DNA from: the human T2T-CHM13v2.0 reference genome, Homo sapiens
NCBI RefSeq assembly: GCF_009914755.1
Contig: NC_060930.1
DNA: 64,000 nucleotides
Direction: 5' to 3' (one strand)
Part shown: positions 34,905 to 49,871 of the stretch, in pieces
Layout of the letters: every line of letters starts with the position of its first letter
Position numbering within the stretch: position 1 is the stretch's first letter
Notes under the pieces: generated by a model
Database searches by the model: none
What the model saw: only the letters and a program-made list of their open reading frames with translations
What the model was told of the DNA's origin: nothing
Position numbers and translations under genes: made by a program

Positions 34905-36235
34905 AAATTTAAACCACAATAAACTGTCACCTTATTCCAGTTAGAATGGCTATTATCAAAAAGCCAAAAGATAACAAATGTTATCGAGGATGTGGAGAAA
35001 AGGGAACCTTTATGCCCTGATGGTGGGAATATAAATTAGTAGTCATTATGGAAAACCATCTGTAGGTTCCTAAAGAAATTAAAAATAGGACTACCATATG
35101 ATCGAGCAATCCCACTACTGGATATCTATCCAAAGAAAATGAAATCAGTATATCAAAGAGATATCTGCACTCCCATGTATATTGCAGCACTATTCATAAT
35201 ACTCAAGATTTGGAGTCAACCTGTTGTTCATCAGTGGATGAATGGATAAATTGTGATATATATGTATTACATATATAAAAAATTATATATAATTATATAT
35301 AATATATAATTAATATAATTATATAATATAACATAATTATATAATATAAATATAATTATATATTATAATATAATATAATTATATAATACAATTAATATAA
35401 TTATATATTATAATATAATTATATAATATAATTAATATAATTATATATAATATATAATTAATATAATTATATATTATATAATTAATTATATATAATATAT
35501 AATAAATTATATATTATATATAATTAATTATATATAATATATAATATATTATATATAATATATTATATATTATATATAATTATATTATATATAATATATA
35601 ATTATATGATATATCATATAATTATATATTATATATAATATAATTATATGATATATCATATAATTATATTATATATAATATAATTATATATAATATATAA
35701 TATATAATATATAATATATAATATAATTATATATAATATATATAATAGAATACTATTAAGTCATAAAAAGGATGAAATCCTGTTATTTGCCACAACATGG
35801 ATGAACCTGGAAGACATTATATTAAGTGAAATAAGCCAGACACAGACAAATACTGCAAGCTCTCACTCGTGGAATTTAAAAAGCTGATCTTATAGAAATA
35901 CAAAATAGAACAGTAGTTACCAGAGACTGGGGAGGGGAGGGAGGAGGGTATCATGGAGAGAGATTGGTCAGTGGGTACAAAGTTACAATTAGGTAGGTGG
36001 GATAAGTTCTGGTGTCCTATTGCACAGTAGGATGACTGTAGTTGTATATTTCAAAATAGCTAGAAGAGAGGATTTTGAATGTTTTTACTACAAAGAAAAG
36101 ATAAATGTTTGAGATGATGGGAATGCTAATTACCCTGATTTGATCATTGCACAATGTATACATGTATTGAAATATCACATTGTACCCCATAAATATGTAC
36201 AATTGTGTGTCAGTTAAATTTTTTTAAATAAAATA
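34905..36235 (+). mobile_element. Old L1 (L1MA-type) 3' fragment interrupted by an AT-rich tract
   Basis: end of ORF2 (agaatggctattatcaaaaa...caacatggatgaacctgga) and L1M 3'UTR. Confidence 0.8.
35255..35745. repeat. AT-rich low-complexity palindromic tract (~490 bp)
   Basis: almost only A/T; perfect palindromes at 35574-35649 and 35625-35682. Confidence 0.95.
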
Positions 36236-36498
36236 AATATTTTTAGACCTTTCTATATACATAATTTCTGTTGATAGTGTATATGCATTTTGCATTTTGT
36301 GTTTTTCCTCTTTGCATTATAAAATGGGTATAATATTTAGGAGCTATCTTCCTATATATATATATTCCCTTATTCAACTTTTTTCTTTCTCTCAACATCA
36401 ATTTATTACAATTTCAGGGAAATGGAGAAGGACAGAAAATTTCAGTCCTAGTGCTCATGGGAAGAAGGCAGAGGAGAGAGGAGGAAAAATATAGTTTA

Positions 36499-36928
<430 letters not shown>

Positions 36929-39056
36929 TGTATTTATTTATTTGTTTAAAGGAAGTTGAGTAACAAGTTCCTTGTTCCCCATCCCACCATCTAAGGCAGC
37001 ATTTTCGGTTCCTATTTGTCCTGGTTGGGAGATTTGGAGGCTTTGAGAATGCCAGGGAAGGGGCAGATGCCTGGGATCAGAACTAAGAGATCACAGGTGA
37101 GGGGAATATGGAACTAGAAAACTTCCAGGAGAACTGTCAAGACCAGGAGAGCCATACCTCACTATATGTTCCAAGCGAACTGAGTTGTCTAAAGTGATTG
37201 CTCAAATTATTAATCAGGTGGAAGTTTGAACTACATTAAATTGGACTATATAAAATTCCAACCCCTTCCTCCTACAAACATCCCCCGTAACCGAACCTTC
37301 CCACTATTCAGTGGAGAAAGAGCTCCAAAGGGAGTTGGTAACAACTATCCAGAGGGAAAAAAACTAGACCTCCTTTTCTCCATTTGAGGTGTAGCATGTG
37401 AGTGAACCTGTGACTTTGCTGCGGTTACAACAAGCACTTTGATATGATTAAAACATCCTCATAAATGTCACTGTGTACCATCATTTACTGAAACTGTCCC
37501 CTATATTTAGAAACAATTTTCATTATTATGAGTAATGTCACAGCATAGTAGGCCTATGAAATTAAAGGACAAAAGTGAGAATGTTAAGGCCTGAGAAGGA
37601 AAAGTCAGAATCTACTCTGTTAGATTTAGATTTGCATTTTTTGTGTATGTATACTGATAATTGTGAGTAATAAAAGCCTAACTGATTACACCAAAAAAAG
37701 GAAGTTTGAAGTAAGTTCCTAGCATGGCAGAATCTATGTATACAACATCTAAAATTGAGGGAAATGTAAAAATATATGGAGTATAGTTACAAATATTGGA
37801 TGGAGGAAAAGAATAGAAGGAAAAATAAAGGTGAAAATGTAATGAGAAACAATGACAAGTAACTGAAGCAATGGAAACTGCTCTTTGTGTGTCAATGGTA
37901 GTCTTCTCAGGAGGGCACCTGCCTTCAGTATCATTTCCCTATCTCATCACTTTCAGGTAGAATAACAAAAACGCAGCTAAATTTACAGTTCTTTAGAGAA
38001 CGCTGTTTTCAAAGTTGCAGCACTTGGTGTTCTCATGGATTTGCTTCTGAGTTTAGGTTTAAGTGCCAGGTAGGGATTCTTAGTTTTTCCTTACAGGGCT
38101 GCCCTTTGTTGACAGAAACAGCTCCAATAATGCTAGTAGTGAGTAGCTTACACTGAGGGGCATCTAATTTATTCCTTACCAAAAACCATGAATTTATTCC
38201 TGTTATTCCCATTAGATAGATGAGAAATTTGAAGCTTAAGGGCAGGGGGTGGGGAACTGGCTTAAAGTCATACCTAGTAGGGGGCAGAGCTCTTAACTTA
38301 AATTTGGGTCTAACTTTAAAACCTCTAATTGTAACCAGGGTCTAATCTATGGTTGATTGGGTTTTAATTTGTCAGCTAATCCTTATATAAATAAATTTCA
38401 TCACATAAATGATAGCATCTTGGGATGAACAGAAATAACTGATGGGAGGAGAAGCAGGTCACGGAGATGCACAAGGGACCCTCAGAGCACTGCTGTGGTC
38501 CCGTTTCTTCACTGAGAGTCTGTCTGAAGTAGCTCATAGGGGCAACGGGTTTGTCCTCATGCTGAGGGTATCAGGGGTTAATACTTAACATTTAAAAAGG
38601 AATATTCAGGAAGTTGAAAAGGGCAAAATTGGGGTAATAAGGGAATTTCTCCCTTCTTCCTGAAGAAATTAAGCATCTTTCCCTCCCTCCCTCCCTCCCT
38701 CCCTTTCTTCCTTCCCCACTTCCTCTCATCTATTGCCCAGCATCTAGCAGGGTGCCTGGCACATGGTGCTCAAAAATGTTCATTTCATTCCATTAGTCTA
38801 AGGAGCGTCAATTTTCCAATGTATTTGAATCCCTCAAGTCCATGTTATGCCCCAGAGACAGGCACAGGTGGAGGAAGTAGAGCACCACCAACCTTTTTGA
38901 GAGGTGTTTATTTCCAGATCACCTTATGCCTTGCTTTACTGATCTCACTTACGACAACCTAGAATTAAAGTGATCTTTCTCACTAAAGAAAGAGAAATGT
39001 TTAAAATTACGAATTGTACAGCCATCTGAAATAGCAAATAGGGCTGATTAAAATGA

Positions 39057-39450
<394 letters not shown>

Positions 39451-39476
39451 AACCCTTCTTTTAAATTACACATGTT

Positions 39477-39586
39477 GGCTGGTCTGAACATAGTGAATTC
39501 TCTCAACTGATTGTTTACAGTCAATTGCAGATGGAAATGCTTGTGCTATTTCTTTCCCTCTTCTTACTACTGTACTTGACTAGCCT
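39477..39586 (+). pseudogene. Y1 RNA (RNY1-like) processed pseudogene
   Basis: GGCTGGTCTGAA..TCTCAACTGATTGTTTACAGTCA..ACTACTGTACTTGACTAGCCT aligns along the length of hY1; followed by A8; degenerate TSD aaattacaca/aaatgtacaca. Confidence 0.88.
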
Positions 39587-39725
39587 AAAAAAAATGTACA
39601 CAAGTGATACATGAACAGATTCTCATTATTAAAAATCCTGGACCTCAATTTCACTCCATTCCATTGTTAACTGGAGTGATAGTTGTGTATCTATTCCACA
39701 TTTTTATTATGAATTTACTTACATG

Positions 39726-39804
39726 TTAGATCGAACTATACAAAACTGCCAATATTTGATGATTTGTGACTGACAAAATGGCAGTGCCATATGGTTGAAC
39801 CTAA
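39726..39804. mobile_element. MADE2 (Hsmar2-derived MITE)
   Basis: TTAGATCGAACTATA...CATATGGTTGAACCTAA terminal inverted repeats, ~80 bp. Confidence 0.75.
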
Positions 39805-40393
39805 TATACTTACAGTATTGTTATTAATTTATTACATGTACGGGATCTTTTATGCTGCGATTTGCTTTCTCATTTAATGATATGTTATTTTTCCGTCTAT
39901 GGCAGCTCCAGTAGAGTTATATATATTATTGCCTTTAGCTGCCATGTTTCACAGTAATGTACTGTACTCTAACCATTTCCCTATTGATGGGCTATACAAT
40001 TGTTTCATGACTCAAAGCAGTAATGCTGTGAACATTTTTGTAAGCATATCTTGGTGCACAGGTACAACTATTCTTGTAGAAATAATTGTCTAAAAGTAGA
40101 GTACCTGAGTCAAATTTAAAATTTTATAGATAATGACAAATTTCTTTTGAAAAAAGGCTTTTCCAATTTGTACATCCACCAGCAATGCTTGATGGATCTA
40201 GCTTTCCTCCATATTCCCACACTGAGTATCATCAATCTCCTTTTGCCAAATTCAAATGATATCTCCTAATTGTTTTTGGATTTCCCTGATGATAGTGAGA
40301 TCCAGTATCTTCTGTATTTTGCTGGTCATGTGGGTTTCTTCTATGAATTGCACCTCTGTATTTTTTGCTCATTTTAATATTAGGATGTTTGTC

Positions 40394-40955
40394 ATTCTCA
40401 GCAAACTATCACAAGGACAAAAAACCAAACACTGCATGTTCTCATAGGTGGGAATTGAACAATGAGAACACATGGACACAGGAAGGGGAACATCACACAC
40501 AGGGGACTGTTGTGGGGTGGGGGGAGGGGGGAGGGATAGCATTAGGAGATATACCTAATGCTAAATGATGAGTTAATGGGTGCAGCACACCAGCATGGCA
40601 CATGTATACATATGTAACAAACCTGCATGTTGTGCACATGTACCCTAAAACTTAAAGTATAATAATAATAAAATTAAAAAAAAGAAAAACGGGAAATAAA
40701 ATAAAATTAAATTAAATTAAAAAAAAAAGGGTTTCATAATCCTAGCTGGACATTTAGGCCTTTGATCTATTTTGAGTTAATTTTTGTATGTGGTGTTAGG
40801 GGTCCAAATTCATTCTTTTCACGTGGATATCTGGTTGTCACACACAGGACCATTTGTTGAAAAAGACTATTCTTTCTCCACTCAATTGTCTTGGCACCCT
40901 TGTGGAAAATTAGTTACCTCATTAATGAATGTATGAGTTTGTGTTTGAAAAAAAA
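40394..40955 (+). mobile_element. 5'-truncated L1PA (~335 bp) plus ~220 bp 3'-transduced segment and second poly(A)
   Basis: L1PA 3'UTR, A-tail to ~40728, extra segment, A-run from 40948, TSD ATTAGGATGTTTGTC at 40379-40393 and 40956-40970. Confidence 0.85.
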
Positions 40956-41658
40956 ATTAGGATGTTTGTCTTTATTAATACATGTGGATGTTCATCCTTT
41001 GTCTGTAATATAGGTTGCATTATATAGAAACTTTCCTGGTCCCTTTCTGCTCATAAGGCCACCTTCATAACACTCTAAAGTCTGGTTCCTGAATAGAGAG
41101 GCCTTTGTATCTTGCCTCCTTTTCCTCCTTCTCAAAAGCTTCTCTTACCCTTTCTGTCTGGAAATGAAGGAATGATTAAACACATCATAACACATCTAGA
41201 GAATGGACTGTTATGTAATCACTAAAAATGATGCTACAAAAATATTTCATGACATGGGGAAACATTCTAAGTTAAAAAAAGAGGACTATAAAACGAGAAA
41301 GTCTGTTTCTATTGTGCTTTAGAAAATTCCTTATAAATCAATTGTACATAAACATGAACACCAAAAGATAACTGTTAATGTGTGGAATTAACTGATTTTC
41401 ATTTTTATATAAACAGGAACACCAAAAGATAATGTGTTGAATTAACAGGATTTTTATCTTTTTTTCTCGTAATTTTCTATATTTCCCAGCTTTCTTATGA
41501 TGAAAGCTATTATGTTTGCTAACAGGAAAAATCAAATTTTATGCACAAATACATCCCCAATTAAGGTAGTAGACCAAGTATTCAGTCTTTTAAAACTGAT
41601 ACAGGTTCTTTCTTCCTTCCCTATTGGTCTTAAGGAACCCTTGCCGGGAAGCCTAGAG

Positions 41659-41820
41659 CAGGGTTCTCAAAGTGGGGTCCTAGGACCAGCAGCATCAGCC
41701 CTACCTGAGCCCCATCCAGACCTACTGAATCAGAAACAGGGCATAGTAGGGTGCAGCCATGTTGTTTTAACAGGCCCTTTTCTGGGTGATTTCTACGCTC
41801 ACTAAAGTTTAAAAACCATG
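41659..41820 (+). mobile_element. MER5A (hAT-Charlie)
   Basis: CAGGGTTCTCAAAGTGGGGTCC..GACCAGCAGCATCAG..CAGACCTACTGAATCAGAAAC..AAAGTTTAAAAACCATG. Confidence 0.8.
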
Positions 41821-41864
41821 GGTTGAAAGGACCATATGAATTTACTCTAATGATGGGTTTCTCA

Positions 41865-42155
<291 letters not shown>

Positions 42156-42334
42156 CTAAGCAATGGAACTGGCAGCAGTCAAAGGCAAGAGACCAAATAC
42201 ATTTGCTATTACCTCATTTTGGAGTGGGTTGCACAGTTGTGATATCAGACTGGAGGGAAAAGAACCACATTCTGTATCTTTGAAAAATGAATTTACAGAC
42301 ACAAGTGATATTAGTTTAGCTCCAAATGTAATTA

Positions 42335-42511
42335 TTTACAACCTTTAGTGTGCATCAGAATCGTCTGGAGGCCTTGTTAAAACAGATTCCTGAGCCCCAC
42401 ACTCAGAGTTCCTGTGCAAGCAGCGTGGAATGGGGACTGAGTTCTGGCTCTAAAGCAGTTCCCGGTGATGCTGATGCATCTGGTCTGGGGAGCACATTTT
42501 GAAAACCACTG
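42335..42511 (-). mobile_element. MER5A, opposite orientation
   Basis: GTGCATCAGAATC..CTTGTTAAAACAGATT..TGATGCTGATGC..TTTGAAAACCACTG. Confidence 0.75.
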
Positions 42512-43670
42512 CATTAGAGAATTAGGAATGTTTTGTTACTTAGTTTTTTTTTTTTAAGTAAGCATTTATAAAGCATTAAGTCATCATTTATGTGAACAGT
42601 TTTGAGAACTCAGGATGATTTCCTGATTTTAAATATAAATTTCTCTTGGTCTCTTGCTAAGGCCCTAATGTTAGAGAGTCATTCTTTTGGATTAATTATT
42701 TCTTCCCTATTAACATTTAGACTCACTTCTTTCTTGTCATTAATTGTTCTATTTTACTCCATTCCTAATTCTATAGGGTTGTCTCCAATTCTTTGGGAAG
42801 TGGATTAGAAATCAAGAGAATCTCAGATATTTAGCTCTGGAAGGCCAGTGGCCCCTGTTTGCCCTTCCTTATCCTTATAGAGCTGAGCACATTGAGCTCT
42901 CAGTAGAGAAGCAACTGACCGGAGTCCTCAAGGGCTGATGGCAGAACCAGAACAGGCCTCTTGTCATCAGACCACTGTTGTTTCTGCCCCAGAAGGTCTC
43001 CTGTTCAACCATATCAGCCATTTACTTTTCAGATTATTCTTTAACCAAATAACTATTATGTGCAAAGAGCTAGGGAACAGGCAACAGTAAAGCCATTCTT
43101 CCAAGAAATTTAGGGGAAAATGCGTACAGATAATGCTATACAGTCCTCTGACTGGTCTCACGGCCATCCCTTCGTGGAATGTGTGAGAAGTTCCAGGGAA
43201 GGGCAGAACCCCAAGGGGGAGCTATTGGACCACTTTGCTAATATATTGGCCCGCTTTGCTAATACGGCAGGTGAAGGCAATTAGAATTAGAGTCAAAACG
43301 AGAGAATTTATAACAGTAATTTGTAGAGCAACTCACACTGCTTCCACTCTTATTACCTTAAAAATATTTTCCCTAGGTATTTTGATGACCCTCTTTACTT
43401 TCATGTAATTTTTCAAGGAACACCCAAAACTTTAAGCTTTAGGCAAAGACTGAAAAATGGATGTGGGCTGATTCTGGGGAGACAGAGCCATGGAAGGGAT
43501 AGAAAAGATTGGCTCTATGATAGATGAATGAAAGTTTAACTAGTAGAACTTTTGTAAGCAAAATTTTCCCTATGTTGTTATCATTTTCTTTATCTGCCAT
43601 ATCCCAAAGACATTTTTCCTTAGAATAATGAACTTATTCATGGGTAGGCCATACCAATATTTGTTTCTTC

Positions 43671-43964
<294 letters not shown>

Positions 43965-45999
43965 TCTTGTCTCTTTCTTAATACATCCCAGAGCACGTGT
44001 ACAAGACAAATTAGTTTGAACTTCCTACTCTTTGCTATTGATTTGATCAATAATAATCTATATGCTATGCTGCAACAACTGAAAATGTTTTGTTCTGAAT
44101 GTGGTCGAAAGCTTGGAAAGAAGGGGGCAAAGAGACTTGAGATCAATAGCAGATTCAGGAGAAAAAAGTAGATGCCATTGTCTAGAAGAATATTTTCAAG
44201 TCATGATCAAATTGTGTTTGGGTCTGAGGAAGTGAAATCCTCATGATTGGTGTGTAGACAAATTGGTCTATAATTGCCTTCACTGCCTGGATTTGTTTGA
44301 ATTCCCTTCAAACCATTTATTTTTACTGTTGGTACTATAGAGAGATTTCACCATGATCCTGTACCACATTTAATAAATACATAATATGGTTTGGGGCATT
44401 CACTGGGCTTACTATAATTGCTTGCTGGCAAAATGACTTAGCTTTCTATTCTTAAGCCATGAGGATAGCTCTTCTACACAGCATATTTGACAGTCTCTCC
44501 ACAGAGACAGTCCAGGGCACTTGACCTCGGCAAGCTGAACAGTGTCAGTGGCTGCTCGTTAGCAGTTGGTGGGAAGATCCAGGTCCAGCCTGGCCAGAGG
44601 TCCGGGCCTAGTCTACTAGCATCCCAGTAGATTCTGGCTGTATTCAGAAGAGACATGTCGTTGCATTTCAGGCCCTGTCCCTGGAGTGACCCTGGGGATC
44701 ATGACCCTGAACCTCCAGCTTCAGTGGAAAGGGCAGTTATTTACATAAACAGGGAGCTCACACTTATCAAAGGCCATTATGTGTTTGGCACAGTGCCAGG
44801 CACTTTCAACATGTGTCTTCAATAATATTCACAGCACCTCTCAAATCCATATGGATATTGCCGACATCATTTTCATCGGTGAGAAAACAGAAGCCCATTT
44901 TAGCTAGTAAGTATGATCCAAGATTAACATTCATATCTGTTTACAATGTTTGGCTTTTTAAATAATTCTAGAGGTTTTCAAATATGGGGTTTCCAGGAGA
45001 CACCACAGGACTCCAAGGGGCTCATAAGGGATGAGGGAAAAAGAGTGAGAGCCCCCCCACCCCACCACATCTTCATTGCCATCCTCACTGGCAGACATAT
45101 CAGACTTCCATGAATGCTTTCCTTTGAATAAAGGTTCCCTTAACTAAACAAAAGCTCAAATCCATTGTCTGCTGCACCCTTTCATGAGGCAGAATGTTTC
45201 TTGTAGAAAGTACAGTCTGACACTACAGTGGCTCCAATGTTTTTTCCTGTTGTTTAAATGTGACAGCAATGAACATGTCTTGAAATAAGTGAGCTGCCAT
45301 GTAGGGCTTGGAAATATTTGTATCATTCTGAGATTTCCAGTGTAAGGGCATCGGATGTATCAGTTTCTTCCCTGGATTTGCTTACATAATGTCTTCTGTG
45401 TGCATTTCAAAGGTACTGAAAAGCAATCCCAATTGGTGACTGAGGAAGTTTGTTTCCCAGCTCTCCACCGTGTGATCAAAAAGCATTTAAATGATGTCCC
45501 CTGCCTGCAGGGAACACCTTGAGGCATTTTACAGTCAAAGTTAAAAAGATCATGGTCCTTTTCATCAAAAAGTTTATAAATTCATGGAGATCATAGGTCC
45601 CTGTTGGTCCAAGACTGCCTCTTTTTCAAGCCTCTTGTTTCTGGTCCCAAGTGCACTCATGTTTGTCAGGCCTGAAAATAGGCTTTCCCTCTCTGCCAGA
45701 CCTCAGAAGGTCTCACTCCTTTTTCTCCAACTCAAGATCGTGCCCTCCGCTACACCCCCCTTCCGGTCCCGCCTCTCAACCTTGTCCTGCTCTTGCCGCA
45801 TGTCCTACTGGCTGTGTGCTGAGTGCCTTATCTCCCTAACATTTATCATATCATCTCCTGCTTTTGCGCTGTCCCATTTTACTCACGTGTTGGACAGAAA
45901 GTGATACATCTCCTTTGATTGGATCCTGTCCAAGGGCAAGGTTTCAGCTCAGCTTGCCTATAAAATTCAGGCTTCACCTGGGCTGGCTGGGCTGAGGTC

Positions 46000-46670
46000 C
46001 CGTTGGGTCTCTCTTTCGTGGACGTTTTTTCCAATGCGATGAAACCTAGTTCTCGCTAGATGGCGCTCAATAGCAAAAGAAGCAAGAGTAGACTTCGGGA
46101 ATGACATTTTAAGCACCCCAGCTGATTTCTGACTTTAAAAACCACTGTGCCTTGCGCGTTGGTGGAGGGAAGCGAGGTCTGCAAGGGATTCACGCGGTAG
46201 CAGGAGCAGCTCCAGGGGACTGCTGATAGAGCCATTATTACTCCGTGATTACAGCGGCAGATCGGGCCTGCCTGGCGGGGGTAATGTGGTGAAAACTCCT
46301 GGATCATCTTTTCCCATTTCAAAAAGGCAGAGCTAAGACTCTGGAATCCAAACGCTTCCCGCGCTGCCACGCCCTGGCGCCCAGCGTGACAAAGCTTCAC
46401 GCCTGAACAAAGTGACAGATTTTTGGTTGCGTCGGCGCTGGGGGGTCGACCCCGCCGCACGTTCGCTCGCTCCTGCTGGCTGCTGCGGGCAGCTGTGGGG
46501 CCTCCTCGCCCTCCCCTTCCCCACTTACCACCAAGGCTTTGTGGTCATGGTTTTGTTGGTGGCGAGGAGGTGAAGGGGTCATTCCTTTGCCTGGGGCATC
46601 AGAGAAAGGCAAACTTACGCATCACAATCAATAGCAATCTGCAGGAGGCACAGCCTGGGGGCCCGCCATG
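46000..46670. promoter_or_regulatory. Intronic CpG-island-like region with CTCF motif
   Basis: dense CpGs (46150-46510) in an AT-rich CpG-poor intron; CGCTAGATGGCGCT at 46054-46067. Confidence 0.7.
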
Positions 46671-49494
46671 CTTTTAGGAGCCCACAAAAATGTTTTCTTT
46701 AAAATCAGAAGAAAAAATTAATGCAACCCGTACTGGATTATATTCATTTTTGTGCTCACGAAGTTAAGGTATAATTTTAATATTCTTTACTAATAGTCAT
46801 GAAGGCAAAGGGCCTAGAGCCCAGGAAGTCTTAATGAGGCCCTGGTAGTCTGACAGTTCTCTTCTCAATGTGTGAACATCACTTTTACATAGCGCTTGGG
46901 GCTTCGAGTTTAGTAATTTGAATAAATACGTCCCTGTACTGAGGGTTCATCTGAGATGTTACACAGGGACCTCACAGCTTCCACCAAGTCCTGAGAAGGT
47001 TGTGAGATGTTTGTACCTTCAGAGAGAGTGGACCTGCTCATCTGTTCTATCAGTGAAGAAGCCTCAGGACAGTGCCCTAGCGGGGAAAGCCTGGCTTCTA
47101 GAAATTGTCTGTGGTCTTGGGAACATAGGTTAGCATCTCTGGCTCTCACTTTTCTCTTCCATAGAATGGAGTGTTTAAATCAAGTGATCACTAATGTCCC
47201 TCCAACTCAAACATACGTCTCCCATTCTGCGTGTTCCACGGCATAAAGCCAACGGAGGTGGCTCATGATACCTCCAGAAATGCTGATGCAGTTCAGTGAT
47301 TCAAAGAAATCTTAAAATATATATGTTTAAGCTTTTGTTGATCGCTTATTTTATTGTTATAAAATGTTTGGCTTATGGCTTATTGCTGAAAGGTAGATTA
47401 GAGTGAGAATATTCAATGATAAATAGCACATAGCACAGCACCATGCACATGTTTGGAGCTTAATACACATTTGTGGAATTAAGTTAACAAGAGTTCTTTC
47501 TGGTTTAAAGTGGCAAGTAATGTGATAGACTTTAGGTTTCATTTCAGTTCTCCACCACTCTCAAGAAGCACCACCACAGCTGACTCTCAATAATCCTTTT
47601 TTGTGTGAGTGGATGTGTGAATACCCACACACATCTTGCCCTGGATGTGAGGTTGAAGAATTGTCTCAGCTTTCAGCCATTATTATTATCTGCCAAACAG
47701 AGGTGTTCTGGATGGATTGGCACTACGGTGGTGGCCAATTGTCCCAGGATCAGCGGGTGGAGGGAGAATTCTGACACTGGGGGAGCTGGGAGGAGGCCCT
47801 GCAGCTGGGCTAAGCCCGGACTTGTGTGGAGGGCTTTGTGTTAACAGGTTGGCCAAACAGCTCCAGGAGCCTTTTAAGGAAGCTCCATGCAGTGGTTGGG
47901 GTGTGGAATGAGGGCACAGATTGAAACCCTGGAGAGAGGTGAAGTGTGTCTGGCAGTCCAACCAGTGTTGGGGCCTCTAGTGAAGGCAAATGTCAAACAG
48001 AAAATCTGCAGTGCTGCGTGTCCCAGGAGGCAAAGGGCCAGCAGCATGACCCCAGGAGACAGGGCCAGGGATGTAGGAGATGATGGGGCAAATGAAGAGG
48101 GGAGAGGCTGAGGAGAATCACCTGGAAGGAGAATTCCTATGACTGCTCCAGCTGGAAGGGACACTCCTAGCAGTGCATATAAAGGGGACTCTTGGGCACT
48201 CAGGACTTTTGTTTCTGAGAGTAAACACTTTTTTTTTTTTTGCATTCTAAGACTATGACAAAATATGATAAGAAATTTCATTTGGCGAAGTGTAGAAACT
48301 AACAGAATTCATTTAGGATTAATAAAACTGAAGTGTGTTGTCACTTTTTCTAAATAAACAGCCTCTATAACCCAGTTAGAAGGGCTTATAAGATTCCTTT
48401 TTGTAAAGAAGTTATAGGGTAGAGTTGAAGATGGCACACAAATCTGGCTTTGAATTCCATCTGCAGCGTTTGGTAATAGTTTGACCAGCAAAAGACAAAT
48501 TACTTATTCTTCTCTGAAACACAATTTCTGCAGCTGTACAGTGGGGGGAAATAATATCTACCTTGCATATTTATTAAGATTAAAATTTGTGTCAATAGTA
48601 ACTATTATTGACATTAGTTAATAGTAACTATTATTGTCATTATTGTGATGAGTGACTTATACCACTTTTTCAGAGATGTCGAAGGTCTTACAAATTATGC
48701 CTTTTCCAGGGAAAACAAGCTCGTTGAGCCACATTTTTGTAAATGCATCCTGGATGTCAGACTGTAATTAATTTCAGTGTTTACCATTTACCGGCCTTGA
48801 GGGCTGTCCATTTTTGAGGAGGTTTCTTAGGAATTCAAGGAGAGAATAAGTTACATGTGGTTTTGCATTTTTGAAATCTTCAGCCTGCACAACTAACTGG
48901 CATAAAAGCCCTACATGCTTCTGAAGAATTTTCACAGCAGCCTAAATGAAAGACGACTCTAGTTGCTGGAGATGCTGGCAGAATACTGAGCAAGCTGTGA
49001 CTTACTCGGTTTTTCAGTTGATAAATCACAGAAAGTTCTAACACTGGCTTATACTTTTTATATCACAGATTCATTTATCCAGGGGTTTTTCAAAAGGGGA
49101 ATGGCACACCTAGTGCAGTAATAACAGCACATTGCTTCTCCTACATGCCTGCACCTCTGCAGATGTTATTTGGCCTAATGGATTGCTAATCCTCATTTAG
49201 AGGATGCATCCAGGAGTTCACATGCTGATCTGAATGTGGAATGATATTAACTAAAAATCCCATGAGAGTTTTCAAATTCTCTCTTCTCCTTAGTTCAAAA
49301 GTGGTTGTGGAATAATGTTATCTCTCTCCCAGTATTGTGACCACAAACTGCTTTCTACCCTGACATTAAGCAAAAGAAAAGAGAAAGACTTAATTGGAAT
49401 TTGTTTTAAATTTTGCAAATGATACTAAATAAATTATCTGGGCATTGCCTGTAAATACAATAAAATTGGGGCACAGACAGCAAATACTATTCTG

Positions 49495-49844
<350 letters not shown>

Positions 49845-49871
49845 TTAATATTCCCCTCAGCTTCACTAAAC

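Noticed and set aside
46056-46677. Several ORFs across the CpG island
   Set aside because: Expected from stop-codon scarcity in GC-rich DNA; no recognisable domain and not in frame with IMPG1
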